Notes under the pieces: model-generated
Told to the model about the DNA's origin: nothing
What the model saw: the letters and a program-made list of their open reading frames with translations, nothing else
Databases searched by the model: none
Virus record (IMG/VR): IMGVR_UViG_3300045999_009829
Length of the DNA stretch: 64,000 nucleotides
Origin: a virus
Strand: one strand, 5' to 3'
Made by a program: the position numbers and the translations under genes
Shown here: piece by piece, positions 60,753 to 64,000 of the stretch
How positions within the stretch are numbered: position 1 is the stretch's first letter
Layout: each line of letters opens with the position of its first letter

Positions 60753-62010
60753 AGACCAAGGCAGTTCCGTTTGACTGGAGTACTAGTCCGTCGGCTCCTA
60801 GAGTCAGCTGGTTGTAGCCGTTGGTGGTGTTACCCACCAGCAGTGCATTGTTGGTGGATGTAGTCCTCCCCGTGCCGCCGCTGTTGCCCGCTAGAGCTGT
60901 AGTGAGGGTGAGGGTATTGGCTACTATGGCTACGTTAACACTCGCGTTCGCGGTGATGGCTATGGTCGTTGCATTTGTAGTCAGGGCTCCAGATGCAAGG
61001 TATGCCTGCAGGGTGGCTATGGTAAAGCCCGCCGCAGCTGTATTGACGGTGAACCCTGGCTCCTGGCTGAGTCCGGTGTATAGCTTGTACACGTCATCAG
61101 TCTGATCTCTGAATAGACCGGTGTAGATCTCACCGGATCCCGCGTTGTATGAGCCAAAGAAGCCTATGTCTAGAAGGTCGGCCGAGGTGTTGTTTGCAGC
61201 TAGGTGCAGAAGCGGGTCGTCGACAATCAGGGTGTTGGCGCTCACGGTAAACGTGGTGCCAAGTACAGTTAGGTTGCCGCTGATCTGCACGCTGCCGTCA
61301 AAGTTACCGGTCACACCGTGTACGTTAGCGACGTGCACCTGCGACCAGCGAACAGTGTTGTTGCCTAGGCCATAGGTGACGTTGGCGGATGGCATGATGT
61401 CTGTGTTGACGGATCCGCGGATGGACACGATATCAGCAATCGCGTCACCGAGGGCAGCATTACCTGTAACGGACAGAGTGCCAAACGTCACAGAATCTGT
61501 AGTACTTACAGCCTGTCCGATGTGTACACCGGAGGAGTTGACTGTGACTCCAGTGCCCGGATTGACGAATAGACCCGTAGAGTTAGCCACTATGCCGTTA
61601 TTAGCCAGAACCGAAATGGTACCCGATGAAGTTATTGCCCCACCGGTCAGGCCGCTACCAGTAGCAACAGACGTGACTGTACCGGTGCCACCCGAGGGTG
61701 CCCAGTATACTCCAGAGCCGTTTGAGGTGAGTACTTGACCACTAGTACCTAGACCGCCGTTGGCAAAAACGGCTCCCACATTTGCCGTGCCGACTCGGAT
61801 CTCGTTGATGCCGCTGGTCGAGTTAGCCACAAGTGCTTGGTTGGCAGTAAGTGTACCAGGGAATCTAGCGCCGCCGATTCCTACCACCGATCCGTTAGGA
61901 CTGCCGATGTACAGGACATTGCCGTTTGATGTAAAGGCAAGCTCGCCGTTTGCGAGCGATTCCGGGACTGCTGCGGTAGCGCTTCTCTTGATCTGAATCC
62001 GATTGGACAT
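60724..62010 (-). CDS. Tail/collar fibre-like protein
   Basis: IQIKRS...GELA, Gly/Thr/Asn-rich, C-terminal LDGGSF. Confidence 0.75.
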   Translation of the reverse strand: MSNRIQIKRSATAAVPESLANGELAFTSNGNVLYIGSPNGSVVGIGGARFPGTLTANQALVANSTSGINEIRVGTANVGAVFANGGLGTSGQVLTSNGSGVYWAPSGGTGTVTSVATGSGLTGGAITSSGTISVLANNGIVANSTGLFVNPGTGVTVNSSGVHIGQAVSTTDSVTFGTLSVTGNAALGDAIADIVSIRGSVNTDIMPSANVTYGLGNNTVRWSQVHVANVHGVTGNFDGSVQISGNLTVLGTTFTVSANTLIVDDPLLHLAANNTSADLLDIGFFGSYNAGSGEIYTGLFRDQTDDVYKLYTGLSQEPGFTVNTAAAGFTIATLQAYLASGALTTNATTIAITANASVNVAIVANTLTLTTALAGNSGGTGRTTSTNNALLVGNTTNGYNQLTLGADGLVLQSNGTALVYDTLDGGSF

Positions 62011-62011
62011 A

Positions 62012-62464
62012 CTAGAAGTTACCCCCGTCAATATCTATTGCTTTTGATATGTATTTATTCTGCGCCGTATCAAACACAAGGGTGTCGTTGTTAGCCCTTG
62101 TATTAGCGCTGACGTCATTGAGAGAAGACAACTGCAGAGAAGAGCTGTTGGTGTAGTTGGTCTCTACAAACGCGATCGAATTTGAATATGCTGTATTGAC
62201 AAACCCGAGGACAACTTCCGTGTTAGAGTAGTTTGAGAGATCGCTGATAGCTTGGTTTGTGAGTGTCGGAGTTGTAGACTGTCCAGGGATGATTATTTGC
62301 TGGTAACTTTGAACCACGCTTGATATGCTTGGACCTTCAGTAGCTTGAGACTGTACCACTGTAAAGGTCGGTGACGGCACAACCTTAATTATAGGCTGAC
62401 CTGCATAAGCCGATACGATTACGCCATTAGATTGCTTTACTCGGATTACAGCAGTGAGTGACAC
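62012..62464 (-). CDS. Hypothetical virion protein
   Basis: LSSLNDV, C-terminal IDGGNF. Confidence 0.6.
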   Translation of the reverse strand: MSLTAVIRVKQSNGVIVSAYAGQPIIKVVPSPTFTVVQSQATEGPSISSVVQSYQQIIIPGQSTTPTLTNQAISDLSNYSNTEVVLGFVNTAYSNSIAFVETNYTNSSSLQLSSLNDVSANTRANNDTLVFDTAQNKYISKAIDIDGGNF

Positions 62465-62470
62465 CGAATC

Positions 62471-62797
62471 CTACCTTGTGACTTGTGGAGTTACAGTCAC
62501 TATTCCTTCAACCAACCTGATCACCGTGCCTGACTGATCCACCGACTCGACGTCGTACACGTATCTTCCGGCGGTGATGGATCCAGTGGTGGCAGCATTC
62601 ATGGACAGCGCTACCACACCCAGCGACGTAAGGGTAACACCGAACGCAAACGACGTCGACGACGAGTACGACTTCCTCAACTGGGATTGAGCCGTATAGT
62701 TGGTAAAGTCTATGGGATCGCCGTTGTCAGTCAGGATCGTAAAGGACGTATTAAAGGTAGTTCCCTGGTCGATGACTATGTTTACTTTCTGCGCCAT
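62471..62797 (-). CDS. Virion structural protein (BppU-N-like)
   Basis: NIVIDQGTTF, GRYVYDVE, RLVEGIVTVTP; TATAAATA at 62822-62829. Confidence 0.75.
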   Translation of the reverse strand: MAQKVNIVIDQGTTFNTSFTILTDNGDPIDFTNYTAQSQLRKSYSSSTSFAFGVTLTSLGVVALSMNAATTGSITAGRYVYDVESVDQSGTVIRLVEGIVTVTPQVTR

Positions 62798-62832
62798 CTA
62801 CACTCACTCCGAGTTTTGCACTATTTATAAAA

Positions 62833-63636
62833 CTAGGAGAGTCCCATCTCCTGTCTGATCTTTGTGGCGGAGATGGAGTGGATGGCCTCGTCGAACACCT
62901 CCTGCTCGATCTTGTATCCAACATCACGGCCGTAGGTGATGTTCACGATGTTGGGAACTACCATCACGGTATACTTGCCGAAGTACTTAAGTCCGAGTGC
63001 GGCATGGATCCTTTGCTCAACGTTGACCGGGTCAAACGGGTTGGAGTCGTTCCATCCCTGGCAGTCACGAATCATGATGCAGACCTGCCCAGTCTTTGCA
63101 AGAGCTCTCTCGAAGAGCGCCTGGTGGCCCGGGTGCCATGGCTGCCACCTTCCTAACATCTGGACTGTAGGCTTCCTAGGATCAAAGCGCTCTGGCTTTC
63201 TGCCAGCTGCAATGTCGGCTGCAATGAGCTTTGCCCAGCCATCAGCGTCGACGCTTCGGATCCTGTAGTCGCACTGCGTGGGTGCCTCAAAGATCTTGTT
63301 GGTGTCCTCAAAGCGACCAGCAGTGATGGTGTCCAGCCAGATCACGTAGTCGGGCTCACCTCTCTCCGCAAACACGTCCCTGAGCTTCCTTGTCGGGCAC
63401 ACGAACTCACAGATGGAGACGTATCCCTCGCTCTTGTCCTTGGTGCCGTAGTCACCCATGCGGATGGCCTGGCGAGTCCTGCCCTCGTCCGAGAAGTCCC
63501 AGTCGTCGAACATGCTGCGGACCGAATCCGCGTTGTGCCACCGAACCTTGGATCCCAGGAGCTCTAGCTCTTCCACAAGCTTTCCAGCCAGAGTCGTCTT
63601 GCCCGACCCCGGTAGACCCATAATCAAAACCTTCAT
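62833..63636 (-). CDS. APS-kinase-like P-loop kinase fused to an HxGH nucleotidyltransferase
   Basis: GLPGSGKTT, NADSVR, FVCP, FEAP; GRWQPWHPGH, ISATKIR. Confidence 0.85.
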   Translation of the reverse strand: MKVLIMGLPGSGKTTLAGKLVEELELLGSKVRWHNADSVRSMFDDWDFSDEGRTRQAIRMGDYGTKDKSEGYVSICEFVCPTRKLRDVFAERGEPDYVIWLDTITAGRFEDTNKIFEAPTQCDYRIRSVDADGWAKLIAADIAAGRKPERFDPRKPTVQMLGRWQPWHPGHQALFERALAKTGQVCIMIRDCQGWNDSNPFDPVNVEQRIHAALGLKYFGKYTVMVVPNIVNITYGRDVGYKIEQEVFDEAIHSISATKIRQEMGLS

Positions 63637-64000
63637 CACCAATCTCCTGTCCAATGCTTTAACTTAAACTCTCTGTAGAACTGTCTCTTCTCGAACTCGT
63701 GGTCTATCTGATCCAGCTCGGGGCGATACAGTATAGTGTCATAGGGCGGCACCTCATCATAAGTCTGGATGAAGCCGCACTCGCTTATCCGCTTTCGAAT
63801 CAACCCAAACGCTTGCTCGCCCGGATTTATGTCGACCATCTCACCGAGCAGGTTGATAGTCACCGCATGGAAGTATGTCTGCGGTCCCAGGAAATACGTG
63901 TTGTTGGATCCTTCAGCTCTCCTCTTTAGGTTGAGCCCCAGCGCTGTAGTGAAGATGGGATTGCCCGGTGCGCTGCACATGAAGTCGTGAGAGAAATCAC
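63636..64000 (-). CDS. C-terminal part of a probable DxD (Och1/Gb3-synthase-like) glycosyltransferase (5' end outside the window)
   Basis: FMCSAPGNPIF, LGP, KHW; frame is open to the window edge. Confidence 0.5.
   Translation of the reverse strand, partial: DFSHDFMCSAPGNPIFTTALGLNLKRRAEGSNNTYFLGPQTYFHAVTINLLGEMVDINPGEQAFGLIRKRISECGFIQTYDEVPPYDTILYRPELDQIDHEFEKRQFYREFKLKHWTGDW

Noticed and set aside
57347-62797. Diversity-generating retroelement acting on fibre genes
   Set aside because: No reverse transcriptase and no TR/VR pair with adenine-specific mismatches in the window.
1-64000. Stop-codon reassignment
   Set aside because: Core genes are full length in the standard code and end in TAA, TGA and TAG; no suppressor anticodon was found.

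Overview
This 64-kb window is part of a T4-like (gp23/gp18/gp55-type) lytic myophage genome, almost entirely on the minus strand. The host is probably an alphaproteobacterium, inferred from a two-piece permuted tmRNA, a DUF1127 gene, an RpoH-like promoter and a very GC-rich pstS. Left to right: two putative head-packaged proteins and a late small RNA; the replication core (gp41, uvsX, gp43); a lysis/stress block (GH19 endolysin, DUF1127, Hsp20 with a ROSE-like thermometer, Rz/Rz1 spanins); and a ~15-kb accessory region (10-25 kb). That region has about 10 copies of a promoter-RBS cassette, IHF-type sites, speD, pstS, an outer-membrane beta-barrel, 10 tRNAs (two with aberrant variable arms), a tRNA-like RNA, the tmRNA, three further structured-RNA candidates and an unannotated ArfA-like ORF. 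Next come regA/gp62/gp44/gp45; a sugar-nucleotide plus glycosyltransferase cluster suggesting uronic-acid DNA hypermodification; two GIY-YIG homing endonucleases; a catalytically dead peptide deformylase; gp46/47/55, uvsW/uvsY; and the head, tail and packaging genes gp3 and gp23 to gp13, followed by fibre-like genes. The best candidates for new biology are (i) a phage ribosome-rescue set (permuted tmRNA, ArfA-like peptide with an internal terminator, tRNA mimic, pseudo-PDF), (ii) the UDP-GlcA/GalA plus GREB1/TAGT-type glycosyltransferase module, and (iii) a duplicated, inverted ~140-bp IHF-site/hairpin element. All calls come from reading motifs by eye; no database search or folding program was run.
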